Origin: Gemmatimonadota bacterium
GTDB lineage: Bacteria > 4572-55 > J002
DNA: 64,000 nucleotides
Direction of reading: 5' to 3'
Assembly (NCBI GenBank): GCA_003697105.1
Contig: RFFQ01000173.1
Coordinates: 1,976-65,975, forward strand
Below the pieces are notes generated by a model. It did not search any database, was not told the DNA's origin, and was given only the letters and a program-made list of their open reading frames with translations. Made by a program: the position numbers and the translations under genes. Below, in pieces: positions 19,934 through 29,984 of this stretch (its first letter is position 1; each line of letters starts with the position of its first letter).

Positions 19934-21275
19934 TTAAGGGTATGATTTTATTGGCTTGCGTATCAACCGACCACTCGTAAATACGTGGTTTTTGGTGGGG
20001 GAGGTCAATTTGACATTCCACATGATACACATGAAGTTGTAAGCGATATGACCGCCATCTTTTTTTACCAGATTGTTGGGCAATCGCGTGCTGAATTTTC
20101 CCGTTTTGATACTGTTGTACCTGCCGGATAGCCTGATCTTCGGGGCGGTTAGGTTGGTGGTACTCACGTATATTGATTTGATCGATGATCGTTTGGGCGG
20201 CGGTGGCGGTTGGATCGTGTGTTAAAGCACGGCGGGCGGCATCTTTCGCCGCCGTGTACTGTTGGCGTTGCATTAGTGCGTTTGCCTGAGCGATCAAGCT
20301 ATCTGCCACAGCGATTTGGTGGCGTCGTTGGCTGACGTGTGCCAGATAATGCTGTGCGAGGGAATGATCGGGCTCGTACTGTAAAATCGTTTGGTATATC
20401 GCGGCGGCGGCTTCCACTTGGCGGCGCTGGTCATACGTCTTTGCGTGGTGCATTAACTGTTGCAGTACGGTGTTGGTGCGTTTCTGCGTGTTCTGTTCTA
20501 GGGTACTATCGATCCGTTTTGCCTGTTGATAGTCCGCGAGGGCGGGCTCTAATTCTCCAGATTCCAGATACCGGTTTCCCCGTTCCAAATAGGCGGTGGC
20601 TGATAAATGGCGAATCTCGTATTGGGTATCTCCCACCGTTTCCAGCAGGGGTTTCAGAAGATCGATTGCCTTTGTGAAATCGCCGCGGGCGATCTGTTGC
20701 CGGGCACGGCTGATGGCTTCCTGAACATCGGATTCTGGCACAAATGCCATGTGTTTCAGGCACTCTGCCTGCGGGTATTGTTGGCGAACCTGCTGTAATA
20801 CCTGTTGTGCTTTTTCCCGCTTATCTTGCGCCATTAGGAGCTGAATTTTCAGGCAGTAACCATCGGTGATGCGCGTGGTATGGCTATAATCTGCGATTAA
20901 GGTATTCAGATGTGTTGCCGCTACCTCTAAATGGTGGGCTTCATAGGCTTTCGTGGCAATTTGCCAGAGGCATTCTCCGATCTGCTCATCCGCGGCATCT
21001 GTATTGGCAAAATAGTATAAGTTCATGGCGGTGGAATAATCTTGCCGGGCAAAATAATCATCGGCGAGTTGCATATAACACCGGCTACGATTCTTTTTTG
21101 CGATTAGCACGTCTGGAGTTAGTTGGGGTGAGGAATGAATCCGGCGGGTATAATATTGGATGGCGGTAATACAATCCGTTTCTGGAGTGATCGCCACGGG
21201 AGAGGTCGCGCCACAGCCTTGCCATCCGAAACTGATCGCAAACAGGCTTAAAAGAAGGGTAATTCGGGTAATCAC
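19902..21275 (-). CDS. secreted TPR-repeat protein
   Basis: Signal peptide and multiple 34-residue TPR-like repeats. Confidence 0.7.
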   Translation of the reverse strand: MITRITLLLSLFAISFGWQGCGATSPVAITPETDCITAIQYYTRRIHSSPQLTPDVLIAKKNRSRCYMQLADDYFARQDYSTAMNLYYFANTDAADEQIGECLWQIATKAYEAHHLEVAATHLNTLIADYSHTTRITDGYCLKIQLLMAQDKREKAQQVLQQVRQQYPQAECLKHMAFVPESDVQEAISRARQQIARGDFTKAIDLLKPLLETVGDTQYEIRHLSATAYLERGNRYLESGELEPALADYQQAKRIDSTLEQNTQKRTNTVLQQLMHHAKTYDQRRQVEAAAAIYQTILQYEPDHSLAQHYLAHVSQRRHQIAVADSLIAQANALMQRQQYTAAKDAARRALTHDPTATAAQTIIDQINIREYHQPNRPEDQAIRQVQQYQNGKIQHAIAQQSGKKRWRSYRLQLHVYHVECQIDLPHQKPRIYEWSVDTQANKIIPLNEITEKITYQ

Positions 21276-21880
21276 GGAGTATGCGAGTAATTTTTCAGAA
21301 AAGAGAATAGCTCGGGGTAATCCTGCCCGATAATCAGCGTAACTTCTAGGAGCCGCGCCGGGTCTTGTTGTTGAATGACATTGTGAGATTTGATGGTTTT
21401 ACCGACTAATTCGGCAAAAGACCGGTCGCCAACCCGATCAATGATAACGGTTTCTTCATAATGAAAGCTCCGAGCATTATCAATATTGACGACATCAAAG
21501 CCATGATCCCGCAAATAATCTGTGACCGTTTTCGCGACACCGGGCAGACCGCATCCATTCAGCACTTCCACCCGTACCGGTTTCGGGCGCCCGTTTATAT
21601 CCATCTCTCGGGTGATAAACATAGGGTCAGATGAGGCTTCAGCAATGCTTTTATCGTTGGTGTTAAACAGGGATGCCATAGAACTTAAATGAATCTTTTC
21701 TGTGGCGGAGAAGGCATCCGGTTGGCCCGGCACGAAAGCTAAGAGGGTTCCACCCCCAACAAGTACCAAAACCAGACTCAACACAACCGTAACCCGCCCC
21801 TTTTTGCCTCGCATCCAATTTGATTTCTGAACCCACATAGACAAACTCCAATTGATGATGTCGTGTATTGATGATTTCAA
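21272..21880 (-). CDS. LytR_C domain protein (cell-envelope related)
   Basis: C-terminal LytR_C-like segment (VRVEVLNGCGLPGVAKTVTDYLRDHGFDVV). The true start is probably the internal Met at 21838, which has a GGAG RBS. Confidence 0.55.
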   Translation of the reverse strand: MKSSIHDIINWSLSMWVQKSNWMRGKKGRVTVVLSLVLVLVGGGTLLAFVPGQPDAFSATEKIHLSSMASLFNTNDKSIAEASSDPMFITREMDINGRPKPVRVEVLNGCGLPGVAKTVTDYLRDHGFDVVNIDNARSFHYEETVIIDRVGDRSFAELVGKTIKSHNVIQQQDPARLLEVTLIIGQDYPELFSFLKNYSHTP

Positions 21881-22080
21881 CTCGTGAATATAAGTCTATC
21901 AGAATTTTATAGGAGTGTCAATCATAAATTTTTAATAGGAGGGTTGCTTACCCGCCATCCCGTCTCCAAACGTTAAAACATCATCTGGAAATAACGTTGA
22001 CCGCGTGTAAGTAACATGCTATATTTTGCCACAGTCCAGCCAATCAATTTTAAATGAACCTAATGGGAAAAGGTCATCTT

Positions 22081-22437
22081 ATGGATAAAATCACTTTAAA
22101 AGGAATGCGCTTTTACGGCTATCACGGGGTGTATGAAGTTGAGCGGGAGATGGGTCAATTTTTTGAGGTCGATGTGGAATTGTATGGTGATTTTCGCCAG
22201 GCGGCAATTTCGGATGATCTGGCGGATACCATCGATTATGGTGCCATTTATGAGACCACCCAACATGCTATTACCACCCACAAATACAAATTATTAGAAG
22301 CCGTTGCCGAGCATATCGCCGGTGACATTATGGCCGGGCACGACGTGTCGAAAGTGTGTGTGCGGGTGCGTAAAAAAACCGTGCCGGTCCTGGGGTATCT
22401 GGACTATGTGGAAGCGGAAATCACCCGCGAACGATGA
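22081..22437 (+). CDS. folB: dihydroneopterin aldolase
   Basis: ITLKGMRFYGYHGVYEVE ... FEVDVEL. The ORF-track start at 22054 adds 9 unlikely residues. Confidence 0.85.
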   Translation: MDKITLKGMRFYGYHGVYEVEREMGQFFEVDVELYGDFRQAAISDDLADTIDYGAIYETTQHAITTHKYKLLEAVAEHIAGDIMAGHDVSKVCVRVRKKTVPVLGYLDYVEAEITRER

Positions 22438-22895
22438 GCACGGTATATCTGGGTTTGGGGTCTAATGTGGGGGATCGGGGTCGCTTTTTGGCACAAGCGG
22501 TGACGGCATTAAACCAAACTCAAGGCATCTCCGTCCGCTGGTGTTCCCGCCTTGTAGAGACTTCCCCGCTCGGTGGAATGCCCCAACCGGCGTATCTGAA
22601 TGCGGTGGTTGAGGTGGCGACCTCGCTCCGGCCGGAAGCGTTGCTCCGCTGTATTCAGCGGATTGAAACCAGTTTAGGGCGCCGGCGAACTATCCGCTGG
22701 GGACCGCGCCCGATTGATATTGATATTCTGCTGTGGGAAGATCAGATTATCCGGTCTCCAGAATTGGTCATTCCCCACCCGGGCTTTCACCACCGCCCGT
22801 TTTTACTCCAGTTAATGATCGAGCGCCAACCGTTGATGAGACATCCGGTAGAACGATGTACCCTGTTTGAACTGTATCGATTATACAAAACCTAG
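22434..22895 (+). CDS. folK: 6-hydroxymethyl-7,8-dihydropterin pyrophosphokinase (HPPK)
   Basis: VYLGLGSNVGDR start motif. ATGA overlap with folB. Confidence 0.9.
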   Translation: MSTVYLGLGSNVGDRGRFLAQAVTALNQTQGISVRWCSRLVETSPLGGMPQPAYLNAVVEVATSLRPEALLRCIQRIETSLGRRRTIRWGPRPIDIDILLWEDQIIRSPELVIPHPGFHHRPFLLQLMIERQPLMRHPVERCTLFELYRLYKT

Positions 22896-23047
22896 CTGCC
22901 ACGCCTTTTTTTGATGGTGGTTTATTTAATCCATAAGCCTATTTTCGGAATGAAAATCGGGCTTTTTTGGTGTTTGATATTACCTTACCGTGATATGCTT
23001 TGAAGTGTCTGCCGGTGGACTCAGCGTAAACCTCAAGGGAGGTCGTC

Positions 23048-24724
23048 ATGGAACAAACCCATCTTATCCTTCAAGAGCGATATGTCATCCAGACCGTTTT
23101 AGGGCGTGGTGGTTTTGCGACCACATATCTTGCGGAGGATACCCGCAGTGGGCATTCTGTCGCGATTAAATGCCTCTCTTTTGAGCACATTGACGAATGG
23201 AAAACGTGGGAACTTGCCGAACGGGAAGCCAAGGTATTAAAACATCTCCATCACCCGCAAATTCCAGATTACATTGACTTTTTTACGCGGGAACATTCGG
23301 ATCAGTTAGAGGTCTATTTAGTTCAGGAATTTGTGGAAGGCAAAAATCTGGCGCAATGGGTCAAAGAAGGTCGCCATTTTTCGGAAACCGAGGTGGTGCG
23401 TATAGCGCTAAGTCTTGCCGGTGTGCTAGAATATCTCCAACACCGTTCGCCACCCATTATCCACCGGGACATTAAGCCCAGCAACATCATCCTTACTTAT
23501 GATAATCGACCCTATTTGATTGATTTTGGAGCGGTACGGGATCAACTGCTTTCCGAACGCACGCGCTTGATGGGAGGTGTGACGATTGTCGGAACCTATG
23601 GTTACATGCCCCTTGAGCAATTTGAGGGTCGTCCAGTACCAAACTCGGATATTTTTTCTTTAGGGATGACCTTAATCTATTTGCTTTCTCATCGGGAACC
23701 GGCAGACATCGATAAAAAGGGTTTAAAACTGAATTTCCGGCCGGTAGTGCATATTTCGGCAGGGTTTGCGCGCATCCTTGACAAGATGATCGAACCGGAT
23801 CACACCCGGCGATATCCCAGTGCCACTGCGCTCAAACGAGATTTAGAAAACCTGCAACAGCGCCGGGTGCCCTATATACCGGTTGGAACACCTAAATTTT
23901 GGTTACCGGTGCTGGGGGTTATCCTCCTATTTTTGGTGCTGATGGTGCGTCCGGATAGACCGCCGGTCGCGCCGGAAGATACACCCTCTACCTCTAACAT
24001 CACACGACAATCAAGCCGGTCAACAGAAAATACCCCCGCGCCTGAATATAAGCCCACCATCCCCGAAGGCAATCCAGTGGTAAAGGGGCAGTTGAGGTTT
24101 GATGGCCAACCGGTTCACCGCCTAACATCCGCAATTCCCCGATTTTGGTTTCGGAATGAAGATTCTGGCAAAGCATATACGGCGAATGCAGTCTATTTAG
24201 GAGAGAGCCAATTTGCGATTTACGACTTACCGGCAGGGCGATTTGGTATCAGTGTCAACATCGACGCAAACCCAGCGAATCCGTCCAGTTATCCGGGGGA
24301 TTTTCGGGCATGGGAGGTGTTTCAGGTGACAGAGCAGAGACCTCTTTATTTAGAGATTGACCTGCAACAGATCATTCGCCTGCTTGCCCCTCAGGATAAT
24401 GATCGAGTCCTCAAAGGGTGGGGTGCTGTTTGTGATAACGAGGTTGTGATCACTTCTCCGGTCACGTTTCGCTGGGAGTCTTTGGGAGAAGGGGTGTACT
24501 ACGATTATGCGATTCAATTGATCGGTTGCCCTTATGAATCCAAACGATCCATTGCCGGGGAGACCACACCCCGCACCACCCTTGAACTTAATTTACCCCC
24601 GAACGCCGCCAATGAATTTTATTTACTGACCCTATATGCTCGCAAAAATGGGCGCCGGATTGGCATGTTAATGACCCATGGCGCTAATGGGTATGGCTGG
24701 GATTATCGATTTAGAGTCCGCTAA
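23048..24724 (+). CDS. serine/threonine protein kinase with a single transmembrane helix and a roughly 250 aa extracellular C-terminal domain
   Basis: Gly-rich loop GRGGFATTY, VAIK, catalytic HRDIKPSN, and DFG. Hydrophobic helix (WLPVLGVILLFLVLMV) followed by a domain containing a VITSPVTFRW Ig-like motif. Confidence 0.9.
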   Translation: MEQTHLILQERYVIQTVLGRGGFATTYLAEDTRSGHSVAIKCLSFEHIDEWKTWELAEREAKVLKHLHHPQIPDYIDFFTREHSDQLEVYLVQEFVEGKNLAQWVKEGRHFSETEVVRIALSLAGVLEYLQHRSPPIIHRDIKPSNIILTYDNRPYLIDFGAVRDQLLSERTRLMGGVTIVGTYGYMPLEQFEGRPVPNSDIFSLGMTLIYLLSHREPADIDKKGLKLNFRPVVHISAGFARILDKMIEPDHTRRYPSATALKRDLENLQQRRVPYIPVGTPKFWLPVLGVILLFLVLMVRPDRPPVAPEDTPSTSNITRQSSRSTENTPAPEYKPTIPEGNPVVKGQLRFDGQPVHRLTSAIPRFWFRNEDSGKAYTANAVYLGESQFAIYDLPAGRFGISVNIDANPANPSSYPGDFRAWEVFQVTEQRPLYLEIDLQQIIRLLAPQDNDRVLKGWGAVCDNEVVITSPVTFRWESLGEGVYYDYAIQLIGCPYESKRSIAGETTPRTTLELNLPPNAANEFYLLTLYARKNGRRIGMLMTHGANGYGWDYRFRVR

Positions 24725-24742
24725 ATCGATGCCGTTTGGCGA

Positions 24743-26179
24743 CTATTCGATCAATTCCGCGTAATGGACATACCGGTTGAGAATCTGATCAACGTAATTG
24801 ACCGGCTCTTCCCCCCGGCAATAGCCATATTCAACCACATCATCGTTGTAGTAGGCTTCTTTGGATTTTAGCTGGAGGAAGTAGCTCACGTTATTTTCCC
24901 AGACATTGGGGTTTTTACCATATTTTATGGCTAAGCGGCGTGCATCCTCCACATGCCCTACTCCGGCATTATACGAGGCGAGTACAAATTTTAGGCGCTC
25001 GGTTGAATCCGGGATCGATTCTGCCCAATACGCCGTGAGCCATTTGAGAAAATTTGTACCGGCAGTGATATTTTGACGGGGGTCCCATAAATCCCGGGCT
25101 CCAAATTTCCGGCCCGTTCGGGGCATCAGTTGCATTAGACCCGTTGCCCCCGCCCACGAACGGGCATTGGGATTAAATTGTGATTCCTGATAGATTTGAG
25201 CCGCCAACAAGCGCCAATCCCACCGGAGTTCGTCCGCTTTGGCTTTGAGCAGGTCATCATATTTGGAAATCCGCCCGCTGATTTTGGCAAAATAGTCACT
25301 ATCTAACCGTTGCCGAAAGGCTCTTCGATTTTTGTAATACTTGTTGTAAACTACGTTATAAAGCGTGGTTCGCCGGTTTCTTGCCAACCAAGCATTGATT
25401 GAATCCAATAAGACCGGTGCATTTTTTCGCACGCCCCAGGCAATTTGTTGCTCCAAGCTCACTGGTGTCGCCGCATCAATATTGGTATAATATCCCTGAT
25501 TGATGTAGGCGATGTTTTCATCGGTGACCGTATAATCAATCACCCCCTCGGAAACCTGCCGGATTAAGTCCTCTACGGATGCGCTGTCGGGCGCATACTG
25601 GATATTAATATCTCCCCCAATTTCTTCGGAGAGGGTTTTTAAGCGGGTTTCAAATGCCGACCCCCGTTTGACATAGACGGTTTTACCGATGAGATCTATC
25701 GGACTGCGGATCAGTTTGCGCTCCAGCTCGTACTCACGCATTTGCTCCCAACCATCCGGCTTTCGTTGTACCAATACTTGGCGGCTTGTCAGCAGTCGAT
25801 CGGTGAATTGGATCCGTTTGGCGCGTTCTTTGGTGACGGTTAAATTCGCCGCGATTATATCACCTTCCCCCGTATTGAGTTTGTGGATTGCCTCGCTGAG
25901 GTTTTTAACAATCACAATTTTCAATTTTACCCCGAGATGTTCCGCCAGAATGTTCAGCATCTCATAATCATATCCCATCACCTGCCCTTTGTAGATAAAA
26001 TAACTCGTCGCACTATATCCGGTAATGCCGATTAGTTCCCCCCGGGCTTGGATTTCAGGTAGGTCAATCTGGACGTGGGGGGGAGAAGAGGTCGTTTCCT
26101 GTTTGGGTTCGGATAGAGCAAGGATGGCAATGATGATGAATGCTGAAGCCAACACGTTCCGGATCATTTGCGCCTCCAT
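24743..26179 (-). CDS. mltF: membrane-bound lytic murein transglycosylase F (SBP_bac_3 domain plus SLT domain)
   Basis: N-terminal periplasmic-binding-like domain. C-terminal SLT catalytic motif (ESQFNPNARSWAGATGLMQLMP ... YNAG). Confidence 0.85.
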   Translation of the reverse strand: MEAQMIRNVLASAFIIIAILALSEPKQETTSSPPHVQIDLPEIQARGELIGITGYSATSYFIYKGQVMGYDYEMLNILAEHLGVKLKIVIVKNLSEAIHKLNTGEGDIIAANLTVTKERAKRIQFTDRLLTSRQVLVQRKPDGWEQMREYELERKLIRSPIDLIGKTVYVKRGSAFETRLKTLSEEIGGDINIQYAPDSASVEDLIRQVSEGVIDYTVTDENIAYINQGYYTNIDAATPVSLEQQIAWGVRKNAPVLLDSINAWLARNRRTTLYNVVYNKYYKNRRAFRQRLDSDYFAKISGRISKYDDLLKAKADELRWDWRLLAAQIYQESQFNPNARSWAGATGLMQLMPRTGRKFGARDLWDPRQNITAGTNFLKWLTAYWAESIPDSTERLKFVLASYNAGVGHVEDARRLAIKYGKNPNVWENNVSYFLQLKSKEAYYNDDVVEYGYCRGEEPVNYVDQILNRYVHYAELIE

Positions 26180-26331
26180 TATGTGGGAACCGGTGTTGTG
26201 AATTTCAGCAGAATAGCGCGATTAATATTTGGGATTCGGGGTAAAATGTCAAGATAAACTTGGCAAGATCAAAAATGCCCTATCCATCCTGAGATCAATA
26301 GGGCATGGAAGATTCTGTTTTACTGAAGAGG

Positions 26332-28092
26332 CTACTGGTTTAGGATAAAATATACGTAGTCATCAAGAAGTGGCGCACCTCCCGGGTCGGTGGCGATAAC
26401 TTCCACCCGCCAGTCCGGGTAGATGGTTGAAGTTAGCGTTCGGGTGACGGTGCGGATCGTGGCATTAGTGGTATTGATGGCAATTAAATCCCACGTTTGA
26501 GTATCGCTATTGTAATTTCGCCAACGGACGGTAAATCCATCAACGTTATCCAATTGCACTTCCCACCGTACCGTCACCGGATTATCCACCATTTCACCAT
26601 CTTGTGGCTGGATAATGTGCAGGTAGGACTCCGATTGAACTAGGGTAAAGTTGACCTGATCCGCATCGAGAACATTACCGTCTATATCGTAACCGGATAC
26701 GGTTGCCCGGAATTCCGTGATCGTTTCCGGCAACTCAATGTGAAAACTGTCGGCTTCCGTGGTTTCCTGCGTGATGATACCCCACTCACCGTTCTGATTT
26801 CCTTCGATCACGATACCAAAATAGCTCAAGTCCATTCCTGAACTCCCCCAGTGGAAGGTGACCGGATTCGTTACTTCGGCGTTCTCATCGGGTTCGGTAA
26901 TCTGGACGGTATGACTCAGGGGGCTATTGGCGACCTGACGCCAGTCACTATCTGCGGGTTCGCCACCAATTCCGTTATTATTCTGATCGAGCGGGTAGCC
27001 CGTTTGGCTCATAATCGTAGCGGACAGCCACACTTCCGCGACATCGCTTATCGGCGAGGGGTAATAATAATGAAAGCCACGTAGGTCACTATCAATGGTG
27101 ATCGAGCCATAGATCCATTCAGTTTGCTGGCGTACCCGAATATTGGCGGTTGTCAGTGTGGCGACATCCATCTTTTGATCGAACCGTAACCGGAATCCAA
27201 TATCATTTGTCAATAGGCGTATGCCGGCAACTGTCGGATACAGTTGTTCATCTGCTACTAAAAATTTCCATTCCAGATTTTCCGTGTAAGGGTAGTAGCG
27301 GTTATTGCGTCGTTCCATTAGGGGATTCCCACTGGTATCCTGCATGGCACTAACGTTCACACTGACGTGGTAGGTAGTATTATTTTGGAGCGGATCGACC
27401 GGTTCAAAGCGCACTGTAGTGTTGGAGAGCGTGATGCGTTCCAAAGGTACCAGTTCCGTCCCTTCGGCAAAGAGTTTGACCGTATTGGTGTTCAGGTAGG
27501 TGGTATCCATGGGACCGCCGGCAAACCGAAGTTGGATGATCGGGCGTCGGTCGGTCATCCGTCTTTCAGTGGGAGTCTGGTCGGTTAGGTACGGGTACTC
27601 AATATCACGCAGACCCAGTTCGCCCCCGGCGGTGAAAAAGGTTGTCCGAAAATAGTCGAGTGGGGGTGCATCGATTTGCCCGTTGTCGTTGCCGTCCAAT
27701 GGGTTTCCAGCAATATCTTTGGCAGAATCTTGAATCGTCAGGATGAATGCACCTTGGGGTAGGGAGGCATCCGGGATAAAGGTTAACGTATAGGTGGGCA
27801 CATGGTAGCTCAGCTCACCGGTGACCGGTCCCACATTGAGATCACCAGCCGTTTGATAGACGCTCACGGTGGTCTGATTCAACGTTTCGGGGTTCATAGC
27901 TTCCGAAAACTGGACGACCAATTTGGCATACGGGGTGACCTCCCCGGAGGTGGCATTGACCACAGTTGGAGACACTTTATCGGTCAGACCCGCAAGGTCT
28001 CCTGGATCGGAGTCTGGGTGTAACGGGTTATCTTCCTGACTGCAACCCGCCACCAGCATCACCGTGAGTAAAATCGTGATTATCTGCTTCAT
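26332..28092 (-). CDS. lipoprotein with SbsA/Big-type Ig-like domains
   Basis: Lipobox (LVAGCS). Several Ig-like segments, including NPVTFHW and NPVTVRW motifs. GGGAGG RBS, located 13 nt after the upstream outer-membrane protein stop. Confidence 0.6.
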   Translation of the reverse strand: MKQIITILLTVMLVAGCSQEDNPLHPDSDPGDLAGLTDKVSPTVVNATSGEVTPYAKLVVQFSEAMNPETLNQTTVSVYQTAGDLNVGPVTGELSYHVPTYTLTFIPDASLPQGAFILTIQDSAKDIAGNPLDGNDNGQIDAPPLDYFRTTFFTAGGELGLRDIEYPYLTDQTPTERRMTDRRPIIQLRFAGGPMDTTYLNTNTVKLFAEGTELVPLERITLSNTTVRFEPVDPLQNNTTYHVSVNVSAMQDTSGNPLMERRNNRYYPYTENLEWKFLVADEQLYPTVAGIRLLTNDIGFRLRFDQKMDVATLTTANIRVRQQTEWIYGSITIDSDLRGFHYYYPSPISDVAEVWLSATIMSQTGYPLDQNNNGIGGEPADSDWRQVANSPLSHTVQITEPDENAEVTNPVTFHWGSSGMDLSYFGIVIEGNQNGEWGIITQETTEADSFHIELPETITEFRATVSGYDIDGNVLDADQVNFTLVQSESYLHIIQPQDGEMVDNPVTVRWEVQLDNVDGFTVRWRNYNSDTQTWDLIAINTTNATIRTVTRTLTSTIYPDWRVEVIATDPGGAPLLDDYVYFILNQ

Positions 28093-28105
28093 GGTGTCGT
28101 CCTCC

Positions 28106-29797
28106 CTAGAATTTGATCGTTGCCGATAGTTGCCATGCCGATAGATCGGTCAATTTGGCAAAACCCATCAGATCGATTTGAAAATTGGTATTGACGTGAT
28201 ATCCGGCGCCATAAGTGTATTCGGTGTGAGTCATCGTGGTATTGTGTTTTTCAGATGTTCCCGTTTGGACTTCGTATGCTTCAGGTTGAATAGAACTCAC
28301 AACGCGCCCATCACCGTAGGTTATCACTTGCAAAGGTGGTTCGTTTAATTCAAACTGACGGGTAAGGGTCTCTTTGCGGGTGGTGATCGTGTGAAGTGCA
28401 CCTAGCCGTAAATCGATTTTCTTTGTCAAGGCAAATTCCATGGCTACCGGTAGTTTTAGCACTGTTTCGGCAGTGGTTTGTTTGGTGCTTTCTATCTCAT
28501 GTGCGATAACTTCTTCTGCCGAATCATCCCCGTCATTGGGTTCATTATCGCCATCATTTACTGTGGTTGTGTTGTAAACGTGGCGATTAAAGGTTTGCTC
28601 AAATGTCTCTTTGCCGGTGGTGACTCCGAAACCATAGGCAAATTTTGCCCGGTCGATGAACCTATAAACGGTGCGGGTATAAAATGTAACCTCATCCCGG
28701 CTCAAATCACCCTTGATGCTGGCGGAATCGTTCTCAGTTGTTCGGGTAAATTGATCGAATTCCCCAAGGGTGTACCATTCTTCTGAGACATGTGACCTGT
28801 AGATTTTAGCATCGCTATCCACGTCACCGGAGGAATGTTTCCACAGCAGGTCCACCCACGTCGTTTGGTTTGCACTCCAATGGTATTGTGCATTTACTCC
28901 AAGATAAAAATCCATGATCGAAAGCGGCATCTGTTGATCGGTGGCGGAGGACGCATGGGTATGATCCCGCAAGAGTGTATCTGCCGGAGCGCGATTCTGC
29001 CATTCTTCACTCCATTGATAATCTTGTTGTTCTGTCGATTGGAATCCTAAGCCGATTTGTCCCCCGAAACGCATATAAGACGAATATTCCTGTCTCACTG
29101 ACGCGACGAATAGATGCTCGTCTTGGCTGGTTTTATACAGTTCCTCTTGCGATTGTCTTTCGGAGGTGGTGACCTGATTCCATACTAGCTGGGTTAGAGT
29201 CTGCTGTTCGGAAAAAGAGCGTGGGGTTTCTTCTGTCTGGGTGCGGTATTTATAGAGCAGTCCAAAACGGGTGTACATGATAGCATTGGCATAGCCGAGG
29301 AACATCTCACGGGTAGAACGTTCTTGCCGGGCATTGGCGCGTGCCTCAATGTCGGTTCGCATGTCATACGTGGAGTGATCCCCATTCTCATCGCTCCAGA
29401 TGGTACGGATGGACTCGCTTTCACCGTATTGCCCCAGTGCATTTTCCAATAATTCCTCAAATCGGGAGGTGTTATACAGTAAACCACCACTACCAAATAT
29501 GAAATGTCCCGATCCTCCCAACAGATAGGCGTTTTCACTTTGATTATCCGAAAATTGAGTCTCGCTACCGCTAACCAGATTACTCAGGTTGGTATAAACT
29601 CGCATTCCGTCAATATAGGTCAATCCGACCGGATTTGCCAGCAATCCCGGCGAGTTATTAAGCCAAAGATCGAGGTCATCATCCAATAACCCCGCCGTAG
29701 CTTGCCGCCGGAATGATTCCCCGACCCAGGCATCTACCGGTGTAAACCACATACTGATCACCCAGATGACCAGTATGACGCATTTAATATTGCCCAT
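28106..29797 (-). CDS. putative outer-membrane beta-barrel protein
   Basis: Signal peptide from the internal Met (MGNIKCV ...) with a GGGAGG RBS. Alternating amphipathic strands and a C-terminal aromatic residue (...SATIKF). Confidence 0.5.
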   Translation of the reverse strand: MGNIKCVILVIWVISMWFTPVDAWVGESFRRQATAGLLDDDLDLWLNNSPGLLANPVGLTYIDGMRVYTNLSNLVSGSETQFSDNQSENAYLLGGSGHFIFGSGGLLYNTSRFEELLENALGQYGESESIRTIWSDENGDHSTYDMRTDIEARANARQERSTREMFLGYANAIMYTRFGLLYKYRTQTEETPRSFSEQQTLTQLVWNQVTTSERQSQEELYKTSQDEHLFVASVRQEYSSYMRFGGQIGLGFQSTEQQDYQWSEEWQNRAPADTLLRDHTHASSATDQQMPLSIMDFYLGVNAQYHWSANQTTWVDLLWKHSSGDVDSDAKIYRSHVSEEWYTLGEFDQFTRTTENDSASIKGDLSRDEVTFYTRTVYRFIDRAKFAYGFGVTTGKETFEQTFNRHVYNTTTVNDGDNEPNDGDDSAEEVIAHEIESTKQTTAETVLKLPVAMEFALTKKIDLRLGALHTITTRKETLTRQFELNEPPLQVITYGDGRVVSSIQPEAYEVQTGTSEKHNTTMTHTEYTYGAGYHVNTNFQIDLMGFAKLTDLSAWQLSATIKF

Positions 29798-29914
29798 GAT
29801 ATAAACCTCCCTGTGGTGTGAATTAAAATTTATTGCGCTCATCGCAAACGGTTTCCTGCTAATTGCCTATAATTTTAGCATATTTGGAAAGTTAGTGTCA
29901 ACCGGTTAATCGCA

Positions 29915-29951
29915 CAAAAAAACTCCCTCTCATCAAATTGGGAGAGGGAGT
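29915..29951 (-). terminator. Rho-independent terminator downstream of the 729 aa lipoprotein gene
   Basis: 10-bp stem (actccctctc / gagagggagt) with a T-run on the minus strand. Confidence 0.6.
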
Positions 29952-29984
29952 TTGGGATTTTTTTATCAATGCTACTGATGTGGG

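Noticed and set aside
22896-22930. T-run (gccacgccttttttt) after folK as a possible terminator
   Set aside because: No convincing upstream stem could be paired from the sequence. Left unannotated.
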